A DNA stretch of 64,000 nucleotides, taken from the IMG/VR virus record IMGVR_UViG_3300027974_000032, positions 11,015-75,014 of that record; one strand, written 5' to 3'. Position numbers and translations under genes: made by a program. The notes beneath the pieces are model-generated. The model searched no databases. It saw nothing but the letters and a program-made list of their open reading frames with translations, and was not told the DNA's origin. This DNA is from a virus. This document shows, one piece after another, positions 36,001 to 46,100 of this stretch (position 1 is the stretch's first letter; every line of letters begins with the position of its first letter).

Positions 36001-36287
36001 AGGACTATATGGTTATAAATTAAATCTAGATCTCCATCTCTTTCAGACTTATCTCTAGTATCAAATCTATCAGAACACATATAGCCTTCTACACCAAGTA
36101 TAGGCTTAATACCCTTCGCTTTTGCAATACGGTGCAGTTCCCTATGCCCAGATAAAGTACCGTGGTCAGTGATGGCAATTGCTGGCATCCCTAACTCAAC
36201 TGCACGGTCAATGTATTCTTCTGGAGTAGCGATTCCGTCAAAGAGGGAATAGTGGGTATGTACGTGTAAGCCTACGTAAGACATCAA
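33012..36287 (-). CDS. dnaE: DNA polymerase III alpha subunit
   Basis: PHP domain HVHTHYSL.DG, TDHG; GRGSAAGSL; PDIDTD; HAAGV; YSFNKSH. Confidence 0.97.
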   Translation of the reverse strand: MMSYVGLHVHTHYSLFDGIATPEEYIDRAVELGMPAIAITDHGTLSGHRELHRIAKAKGIKPILGVEGYMCSDRFDTRDKSERDGDLDLIYNHIVLLAKNQIGLENLNKINEIAWTEGFFKKPRFDFEVLEKYAEGIIVTSACPSSVLVKALENNEFAIAKKHIEWFKRVFSDDYYIEVMPHNEAEINKQLIQLADEFGVQVVVTPDCHHSSTDQKEIQEFKLLLNTHVKIDKEHTFEKSKKHTNMMDRLDYLYGHDRQITFNEFDIHLLSYEEMKAAMESQGIDRPDIYSNTLAIAEKVGDYGIQEGLDLLPVQYKNPDKELKELALEGLKERGFEGNQEYLDRLDEELKVIKDKKFGPYFLVVRNMITWAKKEGIMVGPGRGSAAGSLLCYVLRITDIDPIQHGLLFFRFINPDRNDFPDIDTDIQDTRREEVKDYLVRQYRHVASIATFLSFKDKGVVRDVARVLNIPLTDVNKVLKMVDTWDEYCSSKTTREFREKYPEVEIYGEQLRGRIRGTGIHAAGVVTSKDPIFRYAPMETRSSTGSDERIPVVAVDMEEAEKIGLIKIDALGLKTLSVLKDALEIIKERDGKTIDPLTIPMDDANVYQMLSDGYTKGVFQCEAAPYTNLLVKMGVKNLSELAASNALVRPGAMNTIGKDYIAIKHGRQNPSYKHQVIKSFTEETYGCILYQEQVMQACVQLGGMSMSEADKVRKIIGKKKDAKEFDIFKDKFVSGASAYISPNDAKDLWQDFEAHAGYSFNKSHAVAYSTLSYWTAWLKYHYPLEFMYSLLKNEKDKDARTEYLIEAKRMGISIKLPHINDSDIDFKIEGKGIRFGLSGIKYISDKIAERYMVARPFGSYKELEEFTFTKGNGVNSRALQALRVIGAATFTDNPRDEQEIKENLYEYLNLPEFNITVPSHYHAFISSIEDYEEKGSFVMMGMVKSIKRAKGWSRVELLDKTGSVGIFDDEQTTIEAGISYLILANDNRILSAIPVEQIKGSSSALVKFLNYKMLPYKDDDMFVVSFKPRVTKTGKKMASLTVADSSRELHSITVFPTAFAKAYMKIEEGNIYKFSLGKTKDGTVILEDINA

Positions 36288-36941
36288 TTACCAGTCGATG
36301 TTTGTGCTGGTAACAGATGGAGTGTCAAACCCAAAGTAAAATGCTTCTTGCTCTGGATATGGAACTTCACGAACAACCTTTTCTAGGTTGAAGAATTCAA
36401 AACCTTCCCAATTGAATGGCTCTGAATCTGGCTTGCTTGGAAGAAGTGTGTAGTTGGTTTCAGTTCCCTGACCATTACGCTTTAACTTCCATTCGAGGTT
36501 TGATACGCTACCTGTGTCAAGTGCGTACTCACGGATATTATTAAATGCTGACTGCTTTGAAATTCCTTGTGACCAAACAGCAATATATGGATCCTCAAGG
36601 CCATCGTTCATTAGCACATTACAGTAAAAACGCAAACGTGCTCTCCAACCTGACTTTGGTTCCTTCTTGCCCATTTCACAACCAAAGCAACGGCCTTCTG
36701 AATCCTGAGTACATGCAGCCTTGCGCTTATAATCTTTTGGATTTGTGTGTTCTGCGACAACTACAGAAAGGCCACGAGCCTCATTATAGTTTGCAGAATC
36801 TTGATCTAGTTCTTCTACAAAACGAATCTTTGATGATTGTCCGTCAGCAAGTTTTACCCAACGAACCTTTTGTCCTGTGTTTTCGTACTTTGGTTTTTCG
36901 AGCAGGGCGTTGATATCTTTTAATCCCTTAATTACGCTCAT
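36288..36941 (-). CDS. single-stranded DNA-binding protein (gp32-like)
   Basis: C......C..C Zn site, R.G.G..T.Y, acidic/aromatic C-terminus DW; position beside the polymerase. Confidence 0.75.
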   Translation of the reverse strand: MSVIKGLKDINALLEKPKYENTGQKVRWVKLADGQSSKIRFVEELDQDSANYNEARGLSVVVAEHTNPKDYKRKAACTQDSEGRCFGCEMGKKEPKSGWRARLRFYCNVLMNDGLEDPYIAVWSQGISKQSAFNNIREYALDTGSVSNLEWKLKRNGQGTETNYTLLPSKPDSEPFNWEGFEFFNLEKVVREVPYPEQEAFYFGFDTPSVTSTNIDW

Positions 36942-36964
36942 ATGTTTCTCCTTTGTTTGTTGTA

Positions 36965-37909
36965 TTAGTTTAGCATAGATATGATCGCTTTGTCAAATGA
37001 GAAGTCCAACTTCTTTATTTCCTCATCGTTCATATCTCCTATGTCTTTATATTGTTTATCTAGTTTAATTACGGAAACACGAGATCCTAGTTTTTCAACT
37101 ATTCTGTCCTTCATGTTTCCACCTGCTTCATCATTATCTGCAATAACAAATATGTTATTAAAATATTTTTGAAGCAATTCTATTTGTGTTGATGAAACAT
37201 TTGCACCTAGGGTTGCAACTGCAGGCAGTCCAACCTGGTCAAGTCTAATTGCATCGAATGATGATTCTACAACATATACCCTATCTGCAGATTTCACCCT
37301 ATTTAAATTAAACAATGTTTTTGCTTTTGGCAGTCCTGGAGTATTTTTAAATTCTTTTCCCTCAACAGATCTTCCAACAAACCCAAGTGGCATTCCATCT
37401 GGACTATGAACTGGGACTGTTACCATATCCTGTTTTTCTGAATACCCTAAAGAAAACTTTGCCCAAGAAGACATGTCAATTTTTCTATACTGATAATAAT
37501 TTTTTGCTCTTTCAGATGATAGCAAACCATTGTATAATCTTTTTAATATGAGTTCATCAAATGGGACGAAGTCTGGCTTTGTGTAAAGTTTTTTATTAAT
37601 ATCTTGTTCAAGATTTCCTTCAACCTCTTTGCCCTTGATGAATCTAATTGCTTCAAAGTAAGTTCTTCCAGACATATGCATTGTTAACTCTATTAAATCT
37701 GCAACCTTATGACATGAAAAGCAAAAGAAGGTTCCTTTATATTTATCTACTTCTCCTGCTGGTGTCCTATTATTATTATGAAATGGACAAAAGATAATGT
37801 AGTCAGAGTCAATCTCTGACTCAATCGTTACACCTGTTCCTGTGAGTACTCTTTTGATCTGCTCGCTTGTGTATAGATTGCTTTGTTTACGTCTATCCCT
37901 ATTATCCAT
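36965..37909 (-). CDS. dnaG: DNA primase (CHC2 Zn finger + TOPRIM)
   Basis: CPFH...FCFSC; VVES.FDA; ADNDEAG; KD.GD. Confidence 0.92.
   Translation of the reverse strand: MDNRDRRKQSNLYTSEQIKRVLTGTGVTIESEIDSDYIIFCPFHNNNRTPAGEVDKYKGTFFCFSCHKVADLIELTMHMSGRTYFEAIRFIKGKEVEGNLEQDINKKLYTKPDFVPFDELILKRLYNGLLSSERAKNYYQYRKIDMSSWAKFSLGYSEKQDMVTVPVHSPDGMPLGFVGRSVEGKEFKNTPGLPKAKTLFNLNRVKSADRVYVVESSFDAIRLDQVGLPAVATLGANVSSTQIELLQKYFNNIFVIADNDEAGGNMKDRIVEKLGSRVSVIKLDKQYKDIGDMNDEEIKKLDFSFDKAIISMLN
36967..36996 (-). promoter_or_regulatory. promoter in the primase 3' end driving ssb-dnaE
   Basis: TTGACA-18-TAAACT with TGC extension; AAGGAG RBS. Confidence 0.75.
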
Positions 37910-38154
37910 TCGCTTTTCCTTTTCCCTACGTGTACTCCGTGCATTGATATCTCAAACTTAAAATATTGTTTTCTATCATCATAGTCTATCGTAAAATCTG
38001 GGTCTATGTCAATTCTAGGTACATATCCAGATAATCTCATCTCTGATGATAATAATCTTATGTACTCCTGCTTAAGCCTACCAAGAGATGATTCATCTTG
38101 AATAATGCCATCAAGGTGAAACCTTTTAATAGTCTTATGGTGAAAATTGTCCAT
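37828..38154 (-). CDS. hypothetical protein
   Basis: 108 aa ORF; TATAAT 5 nt upstream of the ATG. Confidence 0.7.
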   Translation of the reverse strand: MDNFHHKTIKRFHLDGIIQDESSLGRLKQEYIRLLSSEMRLSGYVPRIDIDPDFTIDYDDRKQYFKFEISMHGVHVGKRKSEWIIGIDVNKAIYTQASRSKEYSQEQV

Positions 38155-38166
38155 GACATATTATAA

Positions 38167-39387
38167 CTACTTATCTTCAAAATCTTTATATCTATAGTAT
38201 CCCTTGTCAAAATCGACCTGCACAAGGAAGTCTCCCATAAAACCATTACGGTTCTTTCTAAAAGCACACTCAATAACATCACTATTTGTGGCACGTCCAA
38301 GTGCAATTACCCAGTCTGCGTCATATGCAATCTGCCTAGACCAAGCAGTCTGTCCAAGTGTTGGAACTCCACTTAGGTCATTGACATCATCTGGTGTTGC
38401 AGATGAAATAGCAATAATTGGAACCTCTTCACCAATAGCCATAAGTTTAAGTTCTCTTGAAAGGTTCTTCATTCGTACAGTTTCGTTATCCGACTTCTGG
38501 TTAGGAGCCATTAGTTGCAGGTAGTCAACGATTACAAAGTCTGGCTTATACTGATCAATCTTTCCACGAAGCACAGATGGATTAATTTCTCCACCTTGAT
38601 CATTTGAGATAATGTGAAACTCAGGTTTTCCTGCAAGATGCTTTGCATGCCACGACTTCAACATATCCATTTCTACTTCGCCATTTGACAACTTGCGGTG
38701 TGACCAAAGTCCTTCCCCCATGATTGTAAAAACACGGTTACGAACCTCTGTCTCGCTCATCTCAAGTGAAATAATTAGTGGAGTCTTTCCTTGCTTCCAA
38801 GCCTGTACAGCAAAATATAAAGCCATCCAAGATTTACCAATTCCTGGGTACGCAAGAAAAACACCAAGTTGACCTGGCATAATTCCAGAAGGAAGGTAGT
38901 TATCAAATCCAGGAAGATTTGTTTTAATTCCAACATGACCTGCTGCTTGTTGCTTCTTTAAATTTTCAAAATATGCAATTGCGGATTCTAGATCTGTTAC
39001 ATCAATATCACGTATCGCTGATGTATTCTTTTTTAGTTCGGAGGTTTTAGTAATTAACTCATCTAGTGCTTTAGTGCCTTGTCCTTGCTGAACTTCTCCC
39101 GCTGCATTTCTAAGAATATCTTTTAGGCTATCATTTAAATATTCTGTTTGTAACTCTTCAAGATGATGCTTTGTTGCACCCACACCCTGAATTGGTTCAA
39201 AGTCACGAAACTTTTCAACAACTAGATTAACTGGAGGTACTGCTGAATTAACTTCAAAATAGTTTCTAATAAAATGCCATACATCTGTGTGCGTACGCAA
39301 AAGATTGTCAACGTTTGCCTGTAGAAGAACGTGAACCTGCTTATCACTAAGGACTGCTGAAATTAACTTTGCTTCTGTATTATTCAC
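38167..39387 (-). CDS. dnaB: replicative DNA helicase
   Basis: AYPGIGKS, SLEM, VDYLQLM, SRELK.MA, DAD, KNR.G. Confidence 0.95.
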   Translation of the reverse strand: MNNTEAKLISAVLSDKQVHVLLQANVDNLLRTHTDVWHFIRNYFEVNSAVPPVNLVVEKFRDFEPIQGVGATKHHLEELQTEYLNDSLKDILRNAAGEVQQGQGTKALDELITKTSELKKNTSAIRDIDVTDLESAIAYFENLKKQQAAGHVGIKTNLPGFDNYLPSGIMPGQLGVFLAYPGIGKSWMALYFAVQAWKQGKTPLIISLEMSETEVRNRVFTIMGEGLWSHRKLSNGEVEMDMLKSWHAKHLAGKPEFHIISNDQGGEINPSVLRGKIDQYKPDFVIVDYLQLMAPNQKSDNETVRMKNLSRELKLMAIGEEVPIIAISSATPDDVNDLSGVPTLGQTAWSRQIAYDADWVIALGRATNSDVIECAFRKNRNGFMGDFLVQVDFDKGYYRYKDFEDK

Positions 39388-39688
39388 TTAGCCACTCCTT
39401 AGCCATTCTACGGCGCTCTGCCCTGTCTCTATCATCTTGCTCTTTATCTTGTTTAGCCTGAAATATTTTTTCTGTATTATATGCAAAATAGTTCCAAGTT
39501 GGACTTTGTGCAACAGAAAAATAATGCTCTAATAAATCATAGCATGAGCCAATTCCATAAGACTCAATCAAGGCATCTGCTGCCCATTGTTCTACATTTA
39601 AGTTTAGTGATGGCTTTTGCTCATACTTTGCAGTATGGAACTTGCTGTACCTTGAAAGCAAAGCCATGCGGTCTTTGCGATCTGCCAC
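39380..39688 (-). CDS. hypothetical protein (helicase-adjacent)
   Basis: 102 aa ORF coupled to dnaB. Confidence 0.7.
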   Translation of the reverse strand: MADRKDRMALLSRYSKFHTAKYEQKPSLNLNVEQWAADALIESYGIGSCYDLLEHYFSVAQSPTWNYFAYNTEKIFQAKQDKEQDDRDRAERRRMAKEWLSE

Positions 39689-39897
39689 TATCCTTCAGCA
39701 GCCTCTGACTGAGCCTCTTGAATTTTTGTAGTTAGTTTGTCTTCAACAAACTTATACACACGATCAAAAGCCTCTTCTGTATTTTCTCCATCACGCTTTG
39801 AATCAATTACACCAAGATCAAGTCGCAGTGACTGAAAGTTTCCTAGGTTAAGCGTATATCCAAGTGTTACTGATACCTTTGTTGAATCGTTTTCCAT
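39688..39897 (-). CDS. hypothetical protein (start refined to 39897)
   Basis: V.V.LG.T.NLGNFQSLR.D motif. Confidence 0.7.
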   Translation of the reverse strand: MENDSTKVSVTLGYTLNLGNFQSLRLDLGVIDSKRDGENTEEAFDRVYKFVEDKLTTKIQEAQSEAAEG

Positions 39898-39910
39898 TTC
39901 ATACCCTTCG

Positions 39911-40453
39911 TTAAATAGACTCACTCCACACTGGAATAAATCGTCCATCTTCAGTTCTCGTATATGTAAGTATACCATCGCCCATTCTGCGTGTCAACTC
40001 TTGCTTGCTAGGCGTAATATCATTTGTTATTAAATTATCTTTTCGTGGTCTTCCAATATGGTATGAAGCAAGTATATCACGTATCTCTCTTACCTGGGAT
40101 TCTGAGTAATATGATCTTACTTGAAAACCTCGTGCACCACCCTTTTGTGATCCAGTTGGGAACGGGATGACTCCTCGTTTCATCAGTGATGGCATATATT
40201 TTTTATGACGATTAACTAATTCAGCAGTCTGACCAACAGTATATGCACGTTCTCTTTTATTTTTAAAATCTCCAATTAAACAACTTTCAATCTGACCCTT
40301 TGTAATATTAAAGACAGACATAATCCCATTTGATTTATTTAAATGATGAACTCTGACTAAATCTCCATTAAGAAACCAAACTTTTTTGTTTCCATAGATT
40401 ATAGGTGCGAGATTGTAGCCTTCGCTTTCGATAGTTCCTTTTTTAAGAGCCAT
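39911..40453 (-). CDS. MerR-like HTH DNA-binding protein (start refined to 40453)
   Basis: AYTVGQTAELVNR......MKRG.IP.P........YYSE. Confidence 0.65.
   Translation of the reverse strand: MALKKGTIESEGYNLAPIIYGNKKVWFLNGDLVRVHHLNKSNGIMSVFNITKGQIESCLIGDFKNKRERAYTVGQTAELVNRHKKYMPSLMKRGVIPFPTGSQKGGARGFQVRSYYSESQVREIRDILASYHIGRPRKDNLITNDITPSKQELTRRMGDGILTYTRTEDGRFIPVWSESI
39969..39997 (-). promoter_or_regulatory. promoter in front of the replication genes (intragenic)
   Basis: TTGACA-17-TATACT with TGG extension. Confidence 0.8.
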
Positions 40454-40590
40454 GTACCCTCCGCTGAATCTGATGGTGGATGAAAAAATCTTCTTGATCC
40501 ACAAGAAATACAGTATATCTCAATATGGTCTATAGTTGTGTATTGTCGATCAATGAACATTCTTCCATTGCATTTAAAACATTTTATCAT
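40399..40590 (-). CDS. small zinc-ribbon protein
   Basis: C.KC.GRMF.D........C..CG.R. Confidence 0.7.
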   Translation of the reverse strand: MIKCFKCNGRMFIDRQYTTIDHIEIYCISCGSRRFFHPPSDSAEGTWLLKKELSKAKATISHL

Positions 40591-41033
40591 TAATTGGGTA
40601 TGCCTATTACTATCAAGTTAACTGCTACTGATACATCTCCAGTAGTATTAAATTTAACTGTTCCCTCAATTTTTGAGGTAGTTACTGTTTTTAAAATAAC
40701 AGAAACATTTCTTCCTGCCTCTGTATTTCCAACATTAATTGGTGTTGCAGTTGATATGGGTGCATACTTAAAGTCGCTTGGAAAATCATAAGAAAAGTTA
40801 ACCTCATCACCTGCGGTCTTGCTAGCATTATTGGCAACCTCAACATATCCACCAATGATTCTTGCCTCTGATGCCTTTACGCTTTGCTTTCCAAGACCAG
40901 CAGTATCTACTGTGACGTACTTATATGTTGCTGGTGATACTTGTGAGGATAGGTCATTGACTGCACTTGCTAGTTGGTAAATATATCCAACGTCTAGAGG
41001 CTGTCCTCGTTCTGGTAGTGGTAATTTTGCCAT
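40590..41033 (-). CDS. probable minor tail/virion protein
   Basis: End of the tail module; beta-rich C-terminus. Confidence 0.55.
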   Translation of the reverse strand: MAKLPLPERGQPLDVGYIYQLASAVNDLSSQVSPATYKYVTVDTAGLGKQSVKASEARIIGGYVEVANNASKTAGDEVNFSYDFPSDFKYAPISTATPINVGNTEAGRNVSVILKTVTTSKIEGTVKFNTTGDVSVAVNLIVIGIPN

Positions 41034-41043
41034 GGTTATATAA

Positions 41044-41496
41044 TTATACCACTAAATCAATCTGGCCAGACTCAAAAAGTGTTGCTGCTGTGTATCTCTT
41101 TTTAGGAAAAGTTGGAGTTTGAATAGCGATTGCTATACTTGTAGTTGTATTATCAATAATAGTGGACCAAACATTTGTTCCAACAGTTTGAGCATATACC
41201 CATGACTGATTATTTATTTTTTTATAAATATCAAAAGTTATTTGATCCGTTCTTGGAGTCCAAATAACCTGCAGTGATTTCTTTGTTGGATCAATTGAGT
41301 TCGTTACAATATCTACTGAGTATTCTACTGGATCAACACTGTCTACTACAAGTGAATAGATTGGAGACCAGTGAGAAGATCTGTTCTTGTCTTCTGAAAC
41401 AATTCTATATCTAACAATGTAGTCTTGACCATCCCCATGTATTGCTGGCAAAGTAGGCTTTGGAACTATTGCCTTTTTAATTCCTTGGTCTGCCAC
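41044..41496 (-). CDS. probable minor tail protein (FN3-like)
   Basis: VRYRIVSED.NR.S.WS; position in the tail module. Confidence 0.55.
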   Translation of the reverse strand: MADQGIKKAIVPKPTLPAIHGDGQDYIVRYRIVSEDKNRSSHWSPIYSLVVDSVDPVEYSVDIVTNSIDPTKKSLQVIWTPRTDQITFDIYKKINNQSWVYAQTVGTNVWSTIIDNTTTSIAIAIQTPTFPKKRYTAATLFESGQIDLVV

Positions 41497-42623
41497 TATT
41501 GAACATCCAAGCCAAATCTAAATTCAAGATAGTTAGTTGTATTAGCAGACTTAACGATTGTTTTTGCCTCTGAATTTTTCATAACTGAATATCCCGTCAA
41601 ACCATATAAAGGATTTGCTGTATTTTTATTTTCTAGTCGGATTGCATCAAGACATACATAAAAATCTGATGATGGAACAGAGTTATTTAAAACTGTAGCA
41701 TAAATCTTTACAACATTAACTGTTGACCATGTAAATCCAGAACTCTTATAAAGTTCTTGCAGTTGCTTTGTTATAACAAAATATCTATTTGTTGCAAAAT
41801 CATAACTTCCATCGTCTGTAATATTTACCTCAAAACGAGCAAACTCTCCAGTATCTGATGAAGAATCGCTTGACCCAAACTCTAAAAGAATTCTAACTGC
41901 ATCTGGAACTATTGATGGGTCTGGGTCTTTATTAACTAAAGAAAATGCAAACTTAATTTCATCCGTTGGTGCATTTTTATTAAAATCAATAACTGCTCCA
42001 GTTAGGTGTATATGGTTTGCTCCAGATGGAACAACAATATGATTACTAGAATTAATAGTCAACGAAGAATCGTCTCCAACTATAGCAACAACATTATTTA
42101 AGAATCTGCATCGCTCATACCTGCTAACTCTATCCTCATCTGTAAATATTCTGTTATCAGCATTTGTTTGAAAAACATTATATGGCTGATCTATAACATT
42201 ATCATTGTTTGATCCGTCTAATGGTGAATAAACCACTGGTAAAGCAATTGCCTGATCATTTGCGTGATACTCCCAATTTTCAGTACTGACAAAAGAATAG
42301 ACTGACTTACTATCATATGCGCCTGCTGCTGGATTTGAACCAGCAGAGTATATTCCAACCTCAGAAATCTCATATCTTTCTTCTGTAGGTAGTTCTGCTG
42401 TTAAGACTATCTTTGATACTCCGCCTTCATTAACATATCCCCTTGAAGTTATGGGTACACGAAACATCTCAAAGTCTAAAGAAGTCTTGCCTGAGTAGTC
42501 CCCAAACACCCCATCAGAAGCCAGAGGAGTGGCACCACAGCCTACAGCAATGTATGAGGCATATGCTGGGGCCTGTCCCACCAAATACTTCGCTAAAATG
42601 CTTTTACCAGTATTAGTAATCAT
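41496..42623 (-). CDS. minor tail/baseplate protein
   Basis: MITNTG..ILAK...YIAVG.G...I.EVG.Y N-terminal tail-collar-like signature. Confidence 0.65.
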   Translation of the reverse strand: MITNTGKSILAKYLVGQAPAYASYIAVGCGATPLASDGVFGDYSGKTSLDFEMFRVPITSRGYVNEGGVSKIVLTAELPTEERYEISEVGIYSAGSNPAAGAYDSKSVYSFVSTENWEYHANDQAIALPVVYSPLDGSNNDNVIDQPYNVFQTNADNRIFTDEDRVSRYERCRFLNNVVAIVGDDSSLTINSSNHIVVPSGANHIHLTGAVIDFNKNAPTDEIKFAFSLVNKDPDPSIVPDAVRILLEFGSSDSSSDTGEFARFEVNITDDGSYDFATNRYFVITKQLQELYKSSGFTWSTVNVVKIYATVLNNSVPSSDFYVCLDAIRLENKNTANPLYGLTGYSVMKNSEAKTIVKSANTTNYLEFRFGLDVQ

Positions 42624-43114
42624 TAATTATTCACCTCATATATTGTACCATCAAGAATGACTCCTGCGTTTAAAATCTGAACTTCGACAACTTCATCCTT
42701 TTCTAGATTTATTACATTTATCACTATATTTCCAGTTTCTGAATCTATGTAGACAATTTCTCCATTAGGTCCAGTTCCCACATTTGGGATCTTATTTTCT
42801 AGTTTAATTGGAAAATTTTTAAAATAGGCAGCAGATGTATTTTGAAGCGCCAAAACGTTTTGTGGATTATACTGTAGGTATAGGCTAGTTAAATTTTTGA
42901 TTGGCTGATAAATAACATCTTGTCCATTAACCATGTCATTTCTACTAATGCTAATTAGTTCCTGGCCACCAATATTCTCAAAGATTAAATCAGTCATTAC
43001 CTCAATTGGAACGACTGAGTCATCAAAAATAATTAGATCTGGTGTTGCTATCTTTACACTTGCAACTAGTAATGGATCTGCTCCTCCTGGAGCGTCTGGT
43101 GTTGCTAATACCAT
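42623..43114 (-). CDS. minor tail protein
   Basis: Position; translational coupling. Confidence 0.55.
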   Translation of the reverse strand: MVLATPDAPGGADPLLVASVKIATPDLIIFDDSVVPIEVMTDLIFENIGGQELISISRNDMVNGQDVIYQPIKNLTSLYLQYNPQNVLALQNTSAAYFKNFPIKLENKIPNVGTGPNGEIVYIDSETGNIVINVINLEKDEVVEVQILNAGVILDGTIYEVNN

Positions 43115-46100
43115 TATGCTACCTCACTTAAATATACTGTCATTGATGGACCATTAAAATCTTTTGAGTGCTGGATATTGTAGATTACATATCTAGAGTC
43201 TTCCTTGCCAGCCTTATTTACGCTATTTTGTGAATAATTAATTTTAACAATATCTCCAAGTTGCAATGTCGGAGTTGAGAAAATCTTAATACCAAATGAT
43301 TTTCTTGGTTTAGTTATTTTAGATGTTACCCACTTCATAAGTTCGTTGGCATCATCTTCTGTCTGAATGTATGGAACATTTAAAGAAAAATCTTTTTTGC
43401 CATAAGTCATTCTACTAAGTTTAATATCTTCATATGCTTTTTCTATTTTAAAAGGAGAGGATATTAATTGGTTATTTTTAAACTCTGGATTTGAAAAATC
43501 GCTATTTTTTGAAAAATAATCATCTACAGTTAAGGAGTTTCTTGATTCTTGTGTAAAGGTTATTCCCTGAATTCTTAAATAGTTTCCAGTAGTTTCATCT
43601 AGGCTAAGTGCGGTATCTGTTGCATTGAATATCATAAACTCAGCACCATAAGATCCTGCTCTAAATCCAGAAACAGTATATCCTTTAATTCTGTTAAAAG
43701 TTGGTGATAACTTTGCATACAGAGCGGGGTACGCTTTATCATATCTAATATTAAAGGTTGAGGCTTCACGCATAATGGTACCAAACTCTTCAAAATAAAT
43801 CTTATACTCTGGAGGTTGATTTGGACTTATTCCAGATAGATAAGTTCCTTGTATGATTCCACTCATTGCATATTTTCTGAATGACTCATTTGCATCTATT
43901 TCTGCATCATCAAATATTGAGTTAACTGGTGTATCAAGAACAAACGATGTATTTTGGCTATAGTTATTTGTCAGTGCATAAATATTTTCAAACATAATTC
44001 TTGAAGATCCTCTTACGAACAAAGCCATATTATTATATACTGGAAGAGGAGTTGTATCATCAACGGTTGTAATTAATTTATTATTTATATATAGGTAGAA
44101 TCTTCTAATGTTTCCAATATCTTGATACTCTACAGATAAGTCGTATACCGTTGGATTTTGCTCAGAAGCCATCCTGTATTGACCTGTAAATTTTCCATCG
44201 TCTACAATAATATTGGACAATCCTTCCCAAAGTTTTACTGGAATAGCGTTACCTTCATTTTGCTCTATTTTATAAAATAAAATGTTGTTTACATTTGCAG
44301 ACTCCAAAGAATTTAAATCAGTTGTACCTAATGCAACAATTTCAAAATAATATCCATTATTTGTTTCTGGATTAATCAGAACACCTAATCCACCAGAACC
44401 ACCAGCAATTGTAATTGTTTGATCTGGTGTTGAGCCAGGAACTACATAATATGTTGAACTGCCAATGGCTGTTTGTCCACGATCCATATTATTTTCTATT
44501 TTTCCAATAACTCTCATCCTTGTTCCAAAGTGCTTATATCTGTCATTTAATGGTTTCTTGACATATGATATAAAATCAAGAGGTGATTCTGTAGTTGTAA
44601 ATGATGGTCCATTCATTAATAATGCTGATGACTGTATTGTTCCAGTTTGAGTAACCCTCATATTTGCAACATCCGACTCAGTTGTATAGTTAGATGACAA
44701 AAAGTTTCTGATAATTCCATTACGTGTAGTTTTTTCTGCAAGTGTTTTATTTATTCCAGCAGTACCAATTGATGTTGTTGGTGGTGTAAGACCATTTGTA
44801 AATAAGTATTTTGACTGCATCGTACAACCTTGAACGTTTTCATTATTTGACCAATAAGGGTCTAGGCCAGCAGAGTGTGATGTAACTGGAGTTCCAAATT
44901 GTGCACGTCCATGTTTTGCAACTGCACCATTTTTAAGTCGTAGAGTTCCATTAACTTCTTCATAGTTTGGTTCAGAGTAGATACGTACTAGTCCTGTTGG
45001 ATAGATCTTTCCATTAAAAGGAAGTTTAGAAAAATAGTTTTCGTACTCTTGTACATTATTAATCCACACATTGCCATAGCCAGATATATTATATTCAACT
45101 GCATCAAACTTTATAATCTCTCCATTTGAATAAAAGTATCCATTATATCTTGTAATCCAGTAAACTCCCTCTCCAAGATCCATAGTATTGTTAATTAATC
45201 GATTACCAGATACAGTTGGAACGGATGCAGATAGGTTTGAATTTAATGGAATAGCGCTAAGCATATACGTTGACTGATTTCCTACCTGATTATTTACAGA
45301 TTTTGTTGTAGAGGTACCACTAACTTCCCACAGAAGTACAGGCTTATATATCCATGTCTTTTCTGCATCAACAAGGTTTGCTTGTCTAATTGAGCCTATT
45401 GATCTTTGAATATATCTTGTTTCATAATTAATGACACCATCGTTATATACTGTTGTGTCCTGACCACTTATTTCAATTATGTTTGCATTATTTGTATCAC
45501 CATCTAAAACAAAATCTGTTGATCTTTCTGACTCTAAAGGCATAACGAAGTTTTTACTCATCATGACAAAGTTGTTATACTCATCAAAAAACATTGCTGT
45601 TTGTGTTGATACTGCTAGGTCTTGTAATATTTCTGCGACATTCTTATCTGGCGGTATAAAGAAATATGGAATAACAAGATCCTTTTCTCCATCAACTCTG
45701 TTAAAAGCATAGTTAGAAAATCCGATTGAATCAAGCAGTAGTGATACTGCTGCAGATAAAGATGTATTTGTTGATAGTATTTGTGGAGCAATTAATGATT
45801 CAAAATAAAAATATAAGTCTCTTAAACTAAGTTCAATCCTTTTTGATGAATTATCTATAGATGGAAATCCTTCTGAATACATAGTCTTAATTGGTACGTA
45901 ATAATCATACCCACCAACATCTACAACTATTTCATAAAACTTAAACTGGATATGTCTTGAAATATAGTCCTTAATTATGCTATCTGCATTATTTGATTGA
46001 AAGGCATCATCATAATCAAAGAGTGTAACTGATCCAGTTGATGCAAGTAGTTGACTTACTGGCATTCCAGTAATGCCAAGGTCTGATGCCATTTTTGTAA

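Noticed and set aside
33012-39387. Inteins or introns in dnaE and dnaB (also checked recA and terL)
   Set aside because: Lengths are typical, frames are uninterrupted, and no splice-junction or LAGLIDADG motifs were seen
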